Positions 1 through 14,660 are shown, counted from the stretch's first letter. The stretch is DNA of 64,000 bases from Callorhinchus milii (GCF_018977255.1 NW_024704743.1:61382001-61446000), one strand, 5' to 3'. Notes: a model not told the origin generated them from the letters alone. Numbers and translations: made by a program.

Positions 1-3000
1 ATCATTAAAGACAGCTTTTAAGAATTATTAACATTATTAATTGGCAAATAAGTTGTAAGTTGTGTAATAATAATAACCCTTATAATAACCCTTATGTTTG
101 GTAATAGCGCACTTCACAACAGGATGACACCTCAAAGCGCTGGACAAGATATACTGTAAAGTGGTGTGACTGTGTGTTTTGTTGACAAAGGTATATTTGC
201 GGACTGCACAATACACTTTAGTACTGGTCCCTCATATGGTATATGGCTATATATTACATCCCATTACAATGTATAATGCTTAATATTTAAAATGAGTCAT
301 GCAGCAGTACCTCGGTTTGAAGATGTTCACCTAGTAATTTAACCAGTGAAATCATCTTACAAATTTCATAAATTTAATTCTTCACCAGTAAAAATTCTTT
401 CCCAGGTAAATCGGCTGAAGATTTATCACTCTATGATGCCTTCGGGTGAATGGGTTCTTTCATTCCACAGTTGTTGCTATGTAACTTTGCAGTGCATTTT
501 GTTTCTTAAATAGAAAGGGCTTTTTCATGAGCCACAGCCTCTGTGAAATGTTTCAAAGCACAGCCATAGAGATTCTAGTGCACTTATTTGTGCCTGCTTG
601 TAAAGAATATATTGACATTTAACCAGTATAGCAGTGTGCAAAGGGACCAGGAAAAATTGTGCTGAGACTACACACACAGTCGGGTAAGAACAAATCATTC
701 AAGTGGTGCAGCTTTTTAAATTTTGCTGTGGTGAGAATGCAATAAATCCTGCAAGCATGTTTGAATTGATTGCATTTTAAAAGCAAAACTAAGGCTGGAT
801 TTTGAAATGTAATTAAACAGAAGTTACAAGATTAATGATAACAACACCTTCCCCCACCTCATAGAATTAGCTTGTTTTATGCTGGGAAAGCATTTGTGTT
901 AAACTGCATATACATGCTGTAGCAACAGTGAATATTGCCTTCAAGATCGTGTGGCCTGAAATACTCTATGTAAAATGGATGACAATGAATTTCTCTTACA
1001 TCTGAACAGGAAGGAGAGTGTTTGCAAGGTAGCCATCACCTGGCAGTCATTGTGAGTTTAATAATTTCGCAAGGTTCCTTAATGGTAGCACAGAATATTA
1101 CAGCATGGAGATAAACCATTCAGCCGAACTAGTACATGCCTGTGTTAAAAATCCCCAGGAGCCTCCACCCCGCCTAATCCCCTCTTTCATATCCCTCTAT
1201 TTCCTTCCTTACATAGTTTTGCAAAACTATTTTGAAAGATCAAGCTAAATGGATGGAGGTACAGTGTAGTTTGATTGACATTATAATAATCATAATAATA
1301 GTCCTTGCACTTGATATACAATACAATACAAAATTCATTTGTATAGCGCCTTTCAAATCGGGAGTATGTCCGAAGGCGCTGATATAGCACTTCATCACGT
1401 CTTTGCAACGTCTACGAGCGCTTTATGGGATACACTGTAAAGTGAATTGACCGTATATTTTATGAATCTTCAGTGACCTATGGGCAAAACCATTCTCACA
1501 AAATTGGGGTGAGGGTTGTGGCTGTAAAGGGTGGGTGGTTGTGATGTCTTGTCATGATGATATTCCAATACTGACCATATCCGACTAGGATCCCACAGTA
1601 GTATTGGAAAAGAAAAGGGAATTTCTCCTGGTGTTCTCGTCAACAATCTTCCAGATGAATGGGCTATTTATCTAGTGGCTGTTTGTGGGACCTTGCTCAC
1701 ACAAATGTCAGCTACAAAAACAATCGCTACCTTTGGCATTAGTTATTCGTGAAGCGCTTCAAGATTTCTTTTCACAAAATAAGGCAAATTCTTTCTTTAT
1801 TATGTCGGCTGGTTTGTGAGTGAAGAACCTGACCACCAGAGGCTTTATTACTTCACTATCTGAGACTCGATTACATACTGGAATATATTCAAACAAAAGA
1901 TTATTGCAGCTTTCCAATTGCTTCCAATAGCCTTTGTCACCTCTCGGCTGGACTATTCTAACGCCATCCTCGCAGGCCTCCCATCCACTACCATCCACAA
2001 AATCCAGATTAATCAAAACTAAATGTGCAATATCAGTACGGATATCAGTACAAATTAACTGTGAATAAAGATGGACTACAAATAAGGAGTACTAACCGAT
2101 CTCTAAAAGTAGATTGAAACTGCATAAAGCATCCCAGATCATATCTATCTTGTATAAATAATAGGAGACAAGTAATATCTATTCACAGTGATTTTACTGT
2201 TTTATCTATTCAAGAAATATTTATCGCAAAAAGGTAACCTTGTTCAATTAAGTGAAAATGTTGACTTTGTTTATTTAATATACTTCCATATGTTTGAACA
2301 GATCAGTTGGAGTATGAGCCTTATTCCACTCGGTTATCATTTGACTGAAGTCTAAGATGTGCAACTGCATTGAAACAAATCCATCATGGGCTACTTATGT
2401 GTAGGTTGAGGTTGTGAGGTGATTGTGTTGAGTTGCTGGCAGAACATTTTCTTCAATGGTGTTGCAGAATGAAGGACAGTGGGCTCTATGATTAAATCAT
2501 GTAACTTGATCAGAAATTACATTGAATCATATGATTTGACCACTGTCCATCAATGGCACTGAGAATTATTTCACTAAATATTGTGGGAGAATGGAATACT
2601 TTGTATATATTATATTGAAATGATGAGCTAAATGAACCCATTGAGAATATAGTGCTTTTTTCCTTCATTGAATAATCCTCATACTTTTTTGTACCTCAAA
2701 TATTGTGATTGCATCAATAAAGCTTGAGTGATTCCATTCCAATTCTGTAAGTACTATTCATTGTACAACATGTGGAATATCAATTGTATAAATCTTCTAT
2801 TACAATCATCTACAGTGTACAAATAAAGATTTTTGCAACATGAAGATAGTAGTTCTATATTTCCTGAACCAATGCCTCCAGTTGTATGCAAGCAGGAGTC
2901 ACTGCACAGTGATAAGCAATGAGAACCTTGGCTGCTTTTTCCTCTAGTTAACATAACTTGCTGAGTCCAGCTTGAGAGCTCACCACTCAGATATGATCAA

Positions 3001-6000
3001 CACAACCTTAGGATTCACCATTCCAAGGAGAAGTCCTGATAGTGCACCAGAGCTCACTGGCTTGAATCTTTACTGGTTTATTGGTCTCAGCCAGGAACAC
3101 AAGCTGACCCAGGCCTTCTCAGGAGTATACTTTACAGTATATTTTGTGAAGCGCTTTGGGACTCTAGAAGACGTGAAAAGCGCTATATCAAATGCAAGGA
3201 TCATTATTATTATTATTATGTGGGACTGCCGGGTGGGAAGAGATCAGGCTCAGCTGTGATGCGCTCTACAGTCAAGTGGCTCACAGTTAAATGGCACTTA
3301 TTGTCAAGGCTCACATAGTAACAATGGCCTCTCGGGCAGCATAACAGATGTCAACCAGTGACTGTGGACCTGCATCATAGCAAGAGGCGGCTGGGGATGA
3401 GGAACAGGGAGGCATATGCCACAGGGAAGAAAAACACAAAATATAGTAAATGAACACAGTAAATTTCTATATAAAAATAGCCATATTCCAAACTTTGGAA
3501 GAAAGATTTGTTGACATCACAACCACGTACTGGTTTTATAGACATTAATAGCAATAATTCACATTTATAGGTTTTATACGCTTTGGAACTACGGTGTCAC
3601 GTGAGAAAATGGGTCTTGAAAACTGATGCTGTTGACATTCTAACAGTATAACTGGGACTCTTTATGAAAGTTCAAACCATAATTTCATGTGTCAGTTTCT
3701 CCAGAGATTTGTTTGTTCAGTGGTTGTTACTGTAATTGGTTCCTGTATCTCAGTGCAAATGCTGTGCGTGGTGACACAAGTCAAAGGCTTTGCCTGATGT
3801 AGTAAACAAGTTTCTGTTTCCACTGGATCATATTCAGTTAAAATTTCAGCTCAGAACACATGAGATAGGCAAGAAAACAATCAGTGGAAGCATCAATCTC
3901 TCCTGCAATTCCACTGGTGGAAAGCGAGGAGAAGAATTGAGCTTCAGCTTGCATTAGCAATGGTTTTCAAAGATTCACACTGCAAAAATCAAATTACAAG
4001 TTACACAGAAGTGAAAAAAAATTATTCTTCTCCAATCACCCTTCACTGTACACTTTAAAACATGCTGCTATATACAGCTCCAGACTGCAGTACTTTTTCT
4101 AAACTGTTCTTTGTGGTATTTAACTCCAGACTGCTCACTATAATATGTACGTCTAGACTGCTCACTGGAACTGCATTGACTGTTTGATTGCAGGCAAACG
4201 CAGCAGCCATTTTACATATAGCAGGTCCCACAAACAGCCATGAAGTGAATTATCAATATTTGTGGTGAATGGTTGGCATGGGGGACATTTTATTTTGGGG
4301 GAGTTGAACTCTCAACCTTCTGAGCCAATGACAAAAAGTCAAACCAACTTAGTTGCACAGATCCCACAATGCCAAGTCTAGACTTTCCAAGAAAGTCTAG
4401 CTCCAGATTGGTTTTCTAAGGTCTCACGATGGGATTGAGCTCACCTAGTCTAAGCTGACTTCAGTGCAGTCTTTTGGAGGTTCAGTCTGCCTATTCAGGT
4501 GGGCATTAAAGCACTATTTGTAAAGAGAAGGGAGTTTCTCTCTCCCGGTATCCTGGCCAACAATCCCACTAATAAATTGATTACTCATTCCACAGCTGTT
4601 TGTGAGACATTGCTGTGCGCAATTGTGCTTCCGCCTTTGCCTACAAATACACAGTCATTCCACTTTACAGTAAATCCTGTGAAGTGCTTTGAACTGTCTT
4701 TCCGACATAATGAGGTGCTAAACCAAATGCAAGGATTATTATTTATTATTATTGTAATACATTATTTTTGCTTAGTCAAAAACTTCCAACTTATTCAATG
4801 CTAGAGAATAGAACCATCAATATATGAACCTCAAAGTATCCTGCACAAACCCTAAACCAACACTGCTCAGTACTCAGATTTAGACTAGTTTAATTATAAA
4901 TGTAATCAATTCTTCGCATTTGTATTTTGTAAACGTTTTACAATAGTTTTCACCAAAATAAGAGCTCTCAGTATAAATATTAATACAAATACTGATAAAT
5001 CTTGCATTTAATTCTTGCACCAACATTTCTGTAAAGTGTAGTGACTCGTAGATACATGTGGCGGTGAATTGGTGTACAACAATATCCTACAAACAACTAT
5101 GAAGTGATTTATTTGGAGAATTGTTGGTCAGGACACTGGAAGAAACTCCCTTCTCTTTCTGAATCATGCCACAAGATCCTTAATGGCCATCTGAACAGCT
5201 AGACGGGACATCAGAACGTTCAACATCTAATCTGAAGGACACCAACTCCAAAAAATCAGTGTTCACTCAACAGCACACTGGAGTATCAGATTTGACTGTG
5301 AGCTCTGAGACCCAAGGTGAGCTTGAACCCACACCTACTGCAAATTTCATTATTCTGTTTCTACACTCCAATTCATGAAATATATTCAAATGGGAATCAC
5401 AGCAGAAGCCATTGAGGCATGCCAGCGTTAAAAAATTCAGAACTCTCTTCATGGAAATATGAATTATGCAGTACATCGGTGGTAAAATGCACATCACTTT
5501 GGTTAGAAAAGAACTTTTTTGTGGAGAATTTCCTTTGTAAAGAATTTCCTTTAACTTATAAGGAAAAAATAAATATGGATTTACTGAGATGCTACCCTGT
5601 ATGAAGGGCACTATATAAAGTTGTCGTTGTTTTAGTACAAATAAGAGACTATGAATAACACTCTTCAGAACTGTTACCATTGTACAAATGACTCCAAAGT
5701 GTTGGATTCACAGTAAAGCTTCTGTGCAGCAAAACAGAAAGCAGTTCTGATTGACAGCTGAACATGGTGCAAAACCCAGTTTCAGCACTGCTGCTGAGTC
5801 AGGAGCAAAGCTCAAGACAAAATAGATTTGAACAAATAATGTTGAAGATGGTGACACAATATAACACAAATAATCCCGTTGATTGATACCAAACACTCAT
5901 GTAACAGAGAAATTATCAATGACATGGTAAACACAGGGAGTGAATTGTGCAAATGGAACTGGATTATATGCAGACCAAGTGGGAAGATTTGCACTAATTT

Positions 6001-6374
6001 CTGCAAATCCACACCTTTTCAGGGATGCAGTGAGATTTTTAAAGGTAAATGGGATGATATTAATACATAATATTTATATTTAGTAATATAATATTAATAA
6101 TTAATAATATGTTGCAACAGGAATCCCCCCAAAAGTTAAGCCAAACTGCCTCTTGATGCAGTTCTATTAATTCTTCCACCAATTTGGTAGAACCCTCTGG
6201 AGACAGAATCTTATAAAATGACAGGCAGCAAGAACCATGATGTCCCACTTTTCCAAACATGAAGTGCGTGTGGCACTATTTGTCCTGCTCAGATCATCAC
6301 GCCACTAATCCCATCAAGTCTGTGCTAGAGATTTTCTCCACATGAACCACCTGATCTCATCCTACTCGCACAGA

Positions 6375-6775
6375 GATTTACATAGACCATACAGGACAGA
6401 AAGAGGTCATTCAGCCCAACCTGTACGTGCTGATGTTTATACTTCACAAGTCTCTACCCAGTCCTTACTCCTTCCCATACCCTTATATTTGCATCTCCCT
6501 TATCTTCTGCTCTCCCCAAACTATTTGATATTCCTTTTTCAAGCATCTAATTATTTTTAAAAGAGTTGCTGAACTATAATTTCTGTCAGAACATTCCACA
6601 TTCCAACTCTGTGTAACTTTTTTAAACCTTGCCTTTCATTTTAGTGTGATTATCTAAACTTTGTGCCCTCTTGTTACTGACTCACTGACCAATAGAAATA
6701 ATCTATCACTATTTATCTTATCATACCACTTTCTAATCTTGAAGATCTCTTATCAGGTCACTTGTTAATCCTTTC
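6375..6775 (-). mobile_element. Decayed CR1 3' end
   Basis: catagaccatacaggacagaaagaggtcattcagccc is the reverse complement of a CR1 terminus. Confidence 0.65.
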
Positions 6776-7089
6776 AGCCCAGTCATCATCACTCAATGCT
6801 TTGCACAAGTTTACCACAAGACCTCTCCAAACCAGCAAAATTGCAGCAAAAGGCAACACATTGCAATTGCAGATGTGTAAGGATTGAAGCCCATTTGCCG
6901 AAGTAATGTTAGGATTTGTGTTAGGCAAAGAGACATAGCCTCCTGCTTGTTTCACTTAAATGTCACATGGACACATCCCCCCAAAAAAACTTAGAAATAT
7001 TAATCTCAAACATCACTGTACATTCGTCAGAACAAATAGAGCTAAAGCAAACATGGAATGTAATGATTAAACTGCATATACTGTACACA

Positions 7090-7408
7090 GGAGTCATGTA
7101 GCTCAGTGGTTAGAGCACTCGCCTCGCAAGCGAGAGACCTGGGGTTGATTCCCGGCATGGCAAAACCTTGGGCAAGTTTCCTTACTCCACACACCTGATA
7201 ATAATGCCTCAAGAAAAAAAATAATAATAAATTGGTCACTTCAATCCACGACTGTTTGTGGGACATTGCTGTGCGGAATTGGCTGCCGTGTTTCACCCAC
7301 AAAATATACAGTGAAATCACTTTTAAGTATATTCTGTAAAGCGCTTTGAGACAGCTAGAAGACATGAAAAGCCCTATATCAAATGCAAGGATTATTATTA
7401 TTATTATT
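7090..7408 (+). mobile_element. Full-length tRNA-Ala-headed Deu-domain SINE (type A)
   Basis: A-box tagctcagtggttagagc; anticodon arm CTCGC-CT-CGC-AA-GCGAG; B-box-like gttgattccc; Deu-like core gtttgtgggacattgctgtgcg..attggctgcc; tail tgcaagg(ATT)n. Confidence 0.9.
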
Positions 7409-7848
7409 GTATTTGCTTTTGCATAACTTCAAAATAATGGGGTCTAATTTCTGGCATTTCTTAACAGGATTCGAGTCATGCAAATGAAGATTTCCTGCAA
7501 CTGAAAGTACCTAATGTTGGATTCATGGCAAACCGGCTTGGAATTGATCTCCTGCAGGCTCCTGTTGGGTAAACCGGATGTCCTTCTGGTCGTTAGAATG
7601 AGTTCCTATTTGCAACTCCGAGCCATTGCTTAGACACTCCAAAGCATAACTGTGTGTGGAACATTCATTTACAACTTTGATGTACACGATAAACGGATGC
7701 CCATTAGGAAAAGGAAAATGGTTTGTGTGTCATTATTGATCATCCATTGAAAATTAATAAGAACTAAACCATACTTATTATAGTAGTTAAATGCAGGATA
7801 TATATCTCAATTGCATTTAATTATAAATTGAAACCAGTAATTCCAAAC

Positions 7849-9985
7849 CAACAACAACAACTTGCACTTATATAGTGCCCTCCACGCAGGGTAGTGTCTC
7901 AGAGCGCTTAATAGTGGTGGAGCCTGACTCCAAGCCAATGGGGAGGGGAGGTGACCATAAGTACGGCTGAAGAGGACGGTTTTCAGGCGAGACTTGAAAA
8001 AGGGGAGAGAGGGGGCAAGGCAGAGGGATTGAGGGAGAGTGTTCTAGAGTTTTGGGGCAAAGTGGCTCAGAGCGCGACCTCCGATGGTGGTGCGGAGGGT
8101 GCGAGGGACGAGCAGGAGGCCGTTGCCAGTCGAGTGAAGGCACCAGATGGTAGATTGGAGAGTGAGGAGGTCGGAGAGGTAGGGAGGTGCCAGGGAGTGA
8201 AGGGATTTGAACACGAGCGTGAGGATGTCAAAGTCCGGTAGTCAGTGGAGCCTGGCCAGAACTAGTGAGATGTGGGTACGGAGTTTGGTCCGGGTCAGTA
8301 TGTGGGCAGCAGAGTTCTGAATAAGCTGGATCTTTTGAATAATGGAGCTGGGGAGACCAGCAAGAAGTGCGTTAGAGTAATCCAGGCGGGAGGTGACAAA
8401 CACATGCACGAGGATTTCAGCTGCATTTGGAATAAGGTATGGTCGGAGGCAGGCAATGTGGCGGAGGTGGAAGAAGGCGGTCTTGGTCAGGAACCAGATG
8501 TGGGGGAGGAAGGTCAGCTGGGGGTCGAACCTAGATTGCGCACTGGTTTGGTGAGTCTGAGGGAGAGCCAAGGGAAGTTGACAAGTTCAGAGCCGCAGAA
8601 ATGAAGACATTGACGAGAGCCAAGGAGTATGGCTTCCATCTTGTCCACATTCAGCTGCAGGAAGCTTCCACTCTTCTAGACCCTGATGTCTGCCAGACAA
8701 GCTGATAGAACATCAGTGGACCTGGAGTTGGTACTGGAGGATGCAAAGTAGATGTGTGTGTCATCCGCATACATGTGGAAGTTTACCCCGTGTCTGCGGA
8801 TGACACTGCCCAGAGGGAGCATATAAATAAGGAAAAGAAGAGGGCTAAGGATGGAACCCTGGGGTATTCTGCAGGTGACCAGGCGGGGGCGGGAGGAGAA
8901 ACCATTTGCTGAGATGAAGTGGAGGCAGTTGGTTAAGTAGAACTCAAACAATGCGAATGTGGTCCCACTAATGGCGTGGTCGACAGTGTCGAACACAACA
9001 GAGAGATCCAGGAGGTCGAGGAGGCAGAGGGAGCCCTGGTCACAGATAGAGAGGACATAGTTTGTGACTTTGACAAGCACTGTCACTGTGCTGTGGGCAG
9101 GGCGAAAACTAGACTGCAGGGGCTCGAGGAGGGAGTGGAGGGAGAGGTGTGACCGAAGTTGACCTGCAACAATGCGTTCCAGCACTTTAGCAAGGAAGGG
9201 TGTTGGAAATGGGACGGTAATGTGAGAGATTAGAGGGATCGAGGGTGGTTTTTTTGAGGAGGGGTGTGATAGCAGCATTTTTCAGGGTGAGTGGAACAGA
9301 GCCCGAGGAGAGAGACTGGTTGATCGTGTCGGCCAGCAGAAGAGAGAGGAAGGGGAGTTGAGTGACAGCAGCTGGGTGGGGAGGGTGTCGAGGCAGCAGG
9401 TGGTGATTGTGGTTGAGAGGGAGGAAGGAGAAATGGGGGCAAAGGAATATAAGGAAGGGGGAGTGGCAGGAGCAGTAGCGGAGGGAGATGGTGGTGTGGA
9501 TGGTAAGGGGACTTGGAAGGGAACATGGGGTAGGAGCGCGATGCAGCCAAGTGGAGGTTTTCAATTTTTGAGGAGAAGAAGTCTAGGAGCTCTTCACACT
9601 TGCCATTTGATGTGAGGATAGAGGGGGCTTGAGGGAGTGCATGGAGGAGGTGATGGACAGTGGAAATCAGTGGCTTTGGATTGTTGTTTGCTTCCAGGAT
9701 GACTCTGGAGTAAAAGTCAATTTTGCCTGTGAAAGGGAGTGGCAGTGGGTGCAGAGGTGATTGAGCCACAGCTGGTGGTGAATTGTGAGGCCAGATTTCT
9801 GCTATCTGCACTCGAGCATCCGGGTTTGTGTTTTGAGTGAGCGGAGATGACTGTTGTCGCGGGGGAGCAGGTGGAAACAACACTGGATTTCAGGGGAGCC
9901 AGGGAATTGAAGGTTGTGGAGAGACGGTCATTCAGCAGCTTGGTGGCTGCATCAGGATCACTGTGGGTGGAGGGCCAGAGGGAGA
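7849..9985 (-). mobile_element. L2-clade LINE, 5'-truncated, frameshifted RT plus 3' tail with (GTT)n
   Basis: Minus-strand ORF pieces: YRPISN..FLAKVLER, QSSFRPAHST, LDLSVVFDTVDH, IPQGSILSPLLFLIYMLPLG, FHMYADDT, FVTSRLDYSNALL. (CAA)n at 7849-7861. Confidence 0.9.
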
Positions 9986-10396
9986 GAAGTCTAACCATCA
10001 GTGCAATGGGAAGACCACCTCTAGAATACTGTGCAGCAGTTTGGACATTGCCTTGGAGACTTTCAGAGAAATAAACACAGATTATTTGGGCACTGAGGAA
10101 ATTCCTCCAAACAATAAGCATGTTTTACTCTCATTTGTGCACCTCTGTCAATAATGGGTCAGCAGTGCCTGTCAATCAGCAGAGCTGAGTTTCTTAATGT
10201 GATAACATTAAAGTTAATAGCCAAATTAGCAGCCAAGAAGGAGTGAAGGAAAGTCCTGGAGGAATCTTCACAGTTATGGAAGTACTTTATAATAATATAA
10301 TAATAATCCTTGATTTGATATACCATCCTATCACATTGTTGTGGATGTCTCAAAGTGCTTCACAGGAGTTACTGAGAAGCGCTTTGTGAAATGCTA

Positions 10397-10820
10397 TTGG
10401 AATAGGAAAATCAAGATAAAATTTACAATGATAATGACTATGAAACTTCTCAGGGTCTTTAATATATCATTAAAAAGAGTGGCTGTGTGTTTTGAAGGCG
10501 AATGTTCAATCAATTTGCGCATGGCAATGCCCCACAAACAGAAAGCAGTTTATAGATGAACCTGGGCTTTATAGAAGGTTAAGATCTGATGAGGGGAAAT
10601 AAATGTTTGGGAAAAAAGGAAATTGAGATTTTGGTGCAGGCGTAAATTAATGGAAGATATGTAAAGGTTCCACTTGAAATCTGAGAAGCCAGTGAGGCAA
10701 ATAATGCTATAGCTGAAAGAGAGCCGAATGAATGAATCTCTTTTTGATAGTATGTTAAAGACCCTGCCAAGTTTCATATTCATTATCATTGTATATTCTA
10801 CCTTGATGTTCCTGTTCCAA
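10397..10820. repeat. Pair of 83-bp inverted repeats (10397-10479 and 10738-10820)
   Basis: Ungapped manual alignment gives about 12 mismatches in 83 bp. Confidence 0.85.
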
Positions 10821-12209
10821 GAACATCCCACCAGGCAGAACATTTACAAACAAGGGAACAACTACATTCCAAGAATTTATATCACAGCTTGTATCATTTT
10901 TTTAAATTGAAAGCGCTTGAGCCACAATGTATATAAAAAATATCCAGCAGTTAACAGCAGGAGCTCTGTGACATCTCGAAAATGGTTGAGAGAACATTGG
11001 TGTTCAAGCTCAGGTGTGAACACAATGAAAGTTAAGGTAGCCAAAGACAATGGCCAAGTTTTTCCACACCTCTGCATGAATAAACTTTTCATAATAACCT
11101 TTGCATTTGATATACCTGCTTATCACATACTCAAGATGTCTCAAAACGATTCACAGGATTTGCTGTAAAATGTAGTGATTAGCTTTTTGTGGGCAAACAC
11201 AGCAGCTAATTTGTGCACAGAAATGTCCATGAAGTGAATGACCAATTTTATTTGAGGGATTGGTCATGACAACGGGAGAAATCTATCCGTGTTTCCTGTA
11301 CTCTGAAGAAAAGTACCCATTTGTAAAGCAAAATGTAAAATGTTCTTTCAATTTTGGAATTAAAAGTATTTTTTAATAGAAAAGGAGCTGGTGAGATTGT
11401 TGATATATTTCGGTACTTATGTTGTGGAAAGGAGAATGAAGAACAATTTCTGGTGTATTATTGTCAACTCGGGATGATCTGAGCTTGATAGTTTGTATGC
11501 ACATGGGACATTGCGTGCCATTGAATCAGCTTGAAGGAGAAAACCCAGGTGTAGGTGAAATTAGTAGTGACCGAGACCAAGAGTTGGTAGCACTCTTGCC
11601 TCTGAGGACATTCAACAGAGATAAGCGAGGCAACTGAAAATTTATGATGCAGACTATCCTGAAAGAATAAGTCTGGAAATTAAAGGCAAGTTTTGAATTT
11701 AATAATAAAGCAAAGAAAATATATAAACAAGTAGATTCGTTTGTGCTTTTGTTCTTATTTACAGCTCAGGAAACCGAGTGACCTGCAAGGTGCAATTCAA
11801 CATAGACAAACTGGGATGGAACTAATTGAAATACAACTGCCAGCAGAATGAAGCACTTAAGACAGTCTAATTTACGCATGCTGCCTGTGGAACAGCAAAC
11901 CCTGAATCACTGGATCTTAATGACTGCCAGCTGGCTTGTAAATTACAGTGATATGCCAAGTTTGAATTTGAGTCATTTATTTAGAAAGTCTTACAGCACT
12001 TTTCTCACGCAAATTAAAAAGAGCTTGATGTGAAATATGTGCATTTTAAAACAAATAAAAATGTACGTGGGAAATGAAAGAAAAGCCAACTAAAACTATA
12101 GGATGCTGAGTAGAACTAGGAACTGTGACTCCAGGTTAGAGGCCTTACGGTGCTTAAAAATCTACTAGTTCAATTGATCAAATTAGATATTGGAAGGTTA
12201 ACAGTCCAG

Positions 12210-12647
12210 GTGTCAGTCTGGATCGGTTGATAGCAATCTTGCCTTTGAGTCAAAAGGTTGTGAGTTCAAACCCAGTCAATACTTGGAACTCCTCGAGTCT
12301 AGGATGACACTCCATTGCAACGCTGAAGGTACGTTGCAATGTTGGAGGTGCTGTGCTGTGAATGAAACGTGAAACCAATGTCTCACCTGCTTGTTCAGGT
12401 GAACGTTAAGGATCCCATGGCACTATTCAGAAACGAGAGGGAGTTTCTCCTGGTGTACTGGCCAGCAATCCCCCAACTAAAATTGGTCAGTCAATCCACG
12501 ACTATTTGTGGGACATTACTTTGTGCAATTGGCTGCTGTACTTGCCCACAAGGTACACAGTCACTCCACCCTACAGTAAATCCTATGAAGTGTGTGAGAT
12601 GTCCTCCTGATGTGAAAGGTGCTGTACCATATGTAAGGATTATTATT
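12210..12647 (+). mobile_element. Older, longer Deu-domain SINE (type B, SacSINE1/AmnSINE1-like)
   Basis: Head tgtcagtctgg..ggttgatagcaatcttgcctttgagtcaaaaggttgtgagttcaa; ttggaggtgc; gttcaggtgaacgttaaggatcccatggcactattc; Deu core; (ATT)n tail. Confidence 0.8.
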
Positions 12648-14489
12648 TTTTAGAATCCCTCAGATAAAAATCCATCATTCACTTCATTGTTGTGGGACCC
12701 TACTGTGCACCAAATTGGTTGCTGTGTTCACCTACAAAATATACAGTCACTGCACTTTACAATGAATCCTGTGAAGCACTTTGAGATGTCCTCCTGACAT
12801 GGAAAGTGTTATATCATATGTGAGGATTATTATTATTTTGTAAACTTCTGCAAATGAATACAGGAGGCATGAAGTATGTCTCAGCAGATCACCTGGCATT
12901 CTTTTCATTAGTTATTAATTATTACTAGTAATGTTTCTAAACAGATATGCCTTTTCACAAGTTAACCCACCTTGCACATTTTAAACATGGATTGTTAACC
13001 CAATCCACAAATTGGGCCCCATTGTAAACACCATCCACTGTTATCTCACAGCTGCATCGATCAATTGTATTATTGAATCTGTTGCAATCTGACTAATGTC
13101 AAAAGATGACAAGATAATATGAAGTGTTGATTTTTCACCCTTCCCCCCCCACCCCCAAAAAAAGATGTTAGGATTCCCTTCAGTACCAAACTGTGATTTT
13201 GTAAAATGGTACCAATTTGTTTCTTTCGTTGTCCCTAAACTATCTTTTTTCTTTCCTGCTAATTATTAACAATTTTTCAAGAAACTTTTGTCAAATGTAC
13301 CATGTAGTGACATCTGGTTGGTGGGTCTTACATTTATAGAAAACCGCAAGCATTCCATCAAGTGAATAAGATAACGGTTGCAGTGAAAACAGCATTTTAG
13401 GTTCAACGATTGCTGAGGAAACCAAAACATAAGCTTAGAAGTCTGATCACTGACGTTTAATGACTGTAAATCTGGATGTCATTCAAAATAATCTGACTGA
13501 TTTAATATGATTGTTTAATTGATTAGGTCAGAATTGATTTAATTTCTGTTTAAAGTGAAAATTCTGGTTTCTGCAACTTCTGCGACTGGACAATTGCCTC
13601 AGTATGAGAGCTTGTATCCAAATTGTAAACCATTTTCACATTTGCAGAAAAGTCCCTAAATCTGGAGTCTGGTTTACTTGTCATGGATAACGTAAATGAC
13701 AGGCAGGGCTGGACAATGACAGCAAATCCATTAACCAAATGCTAATTGCAGTATCAAAAAGGCACCAGCTGTTATAGCGATCAAACAGTTCAAATTCTGA
13801 ATATTTATAATCCCTCCACAAAACATACCCATCATCTGGAAATGAATAATGCACTTGATAAGACAAAGGATATGCTGATGGTAATGAATCAGGTACAAAT
13901 AATGGCAAAAAGAGGCACCAGATAGAACAGAAAATGAGTGCAAATAGGGTACACCAGCAAATGCAATAAGTGTAATGCTATAATTCACACATGCTGTACA
14001 GCATTGCCTTCTATCAACCAGTATGAAGAAGTATTTTGCTGCCATTTCATTTTAAGTCACCCAAAGCATTTGAGCATTTTCCATCAACTGAACTGAATCC
14101 CAAATTATCAGGATGTATGCAGGGCGGTGCTGGAGAAGCGTCAAAGATCTAAATGTAATTCTTGCATTTGATATAGTGCCTTATTACATTGTAATGTCTC
14201 AAAGCGTTTCAGAGAATTCACTGTATAGTGTAGTGACTGTATATTTGTACATCAACACCACAGCCAATTGGTGCACAACATTGTCCCAAGGCAGCCATGA
14301 GGTAAATGACCAATTTTACCTGGGGAATTGTAAGCCAGGATACCAGGAGAATTTCCCCTCTTTTTGGAGTATTGTCATGGTATCCTTAATGTCCATCTGA
14401 ATAGGAAGACAGAACCTTGGTTTAATGTAGTAATTAACAGCTGAAGTGGATTGTCAGGAAGGGTAGTTGAGACCAGGACGCCAAACTAC

Positions 14490-14660
14490 TGAGTGTTCCA
14501 TATGTGTGGTTGGGACCTTGGTTCAGAATTGGTCCAGAGCGACGGGATGAAAGTCCTCTCTCAGTGTTAGTCATGAGGGTCCCAGGTGAAGAAGTCTGTG
14601 CAGACTGAACTCAGTTCTTAATGGACATGGGGCCATAGTAACTCAGTTTTGATCAGCGAA
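14490..14660 (+). mobile_element. LF-SINE-like relic; a related head at about 38870-38930
   Basis: gggaccttggttcaga...gatgaaagtc...gtgaaga...cagttcttaatggac resembles the recalled LF-SINE 5' half. Confidence 0.45.

Noticed and set aside
7090..7160. tRNA-Ala gene (also at 40347, 43680, 45890, 55350)
   Set aside because: The acceptor stem is incomplete and each head continues into a SINE body or tail.
10585..10600. Other CTGATGA words (also at about 38002, 43267, 56144) as hammerheads
   Set aside because: No stem II followed by GAAA and no flanking stem I were seen.
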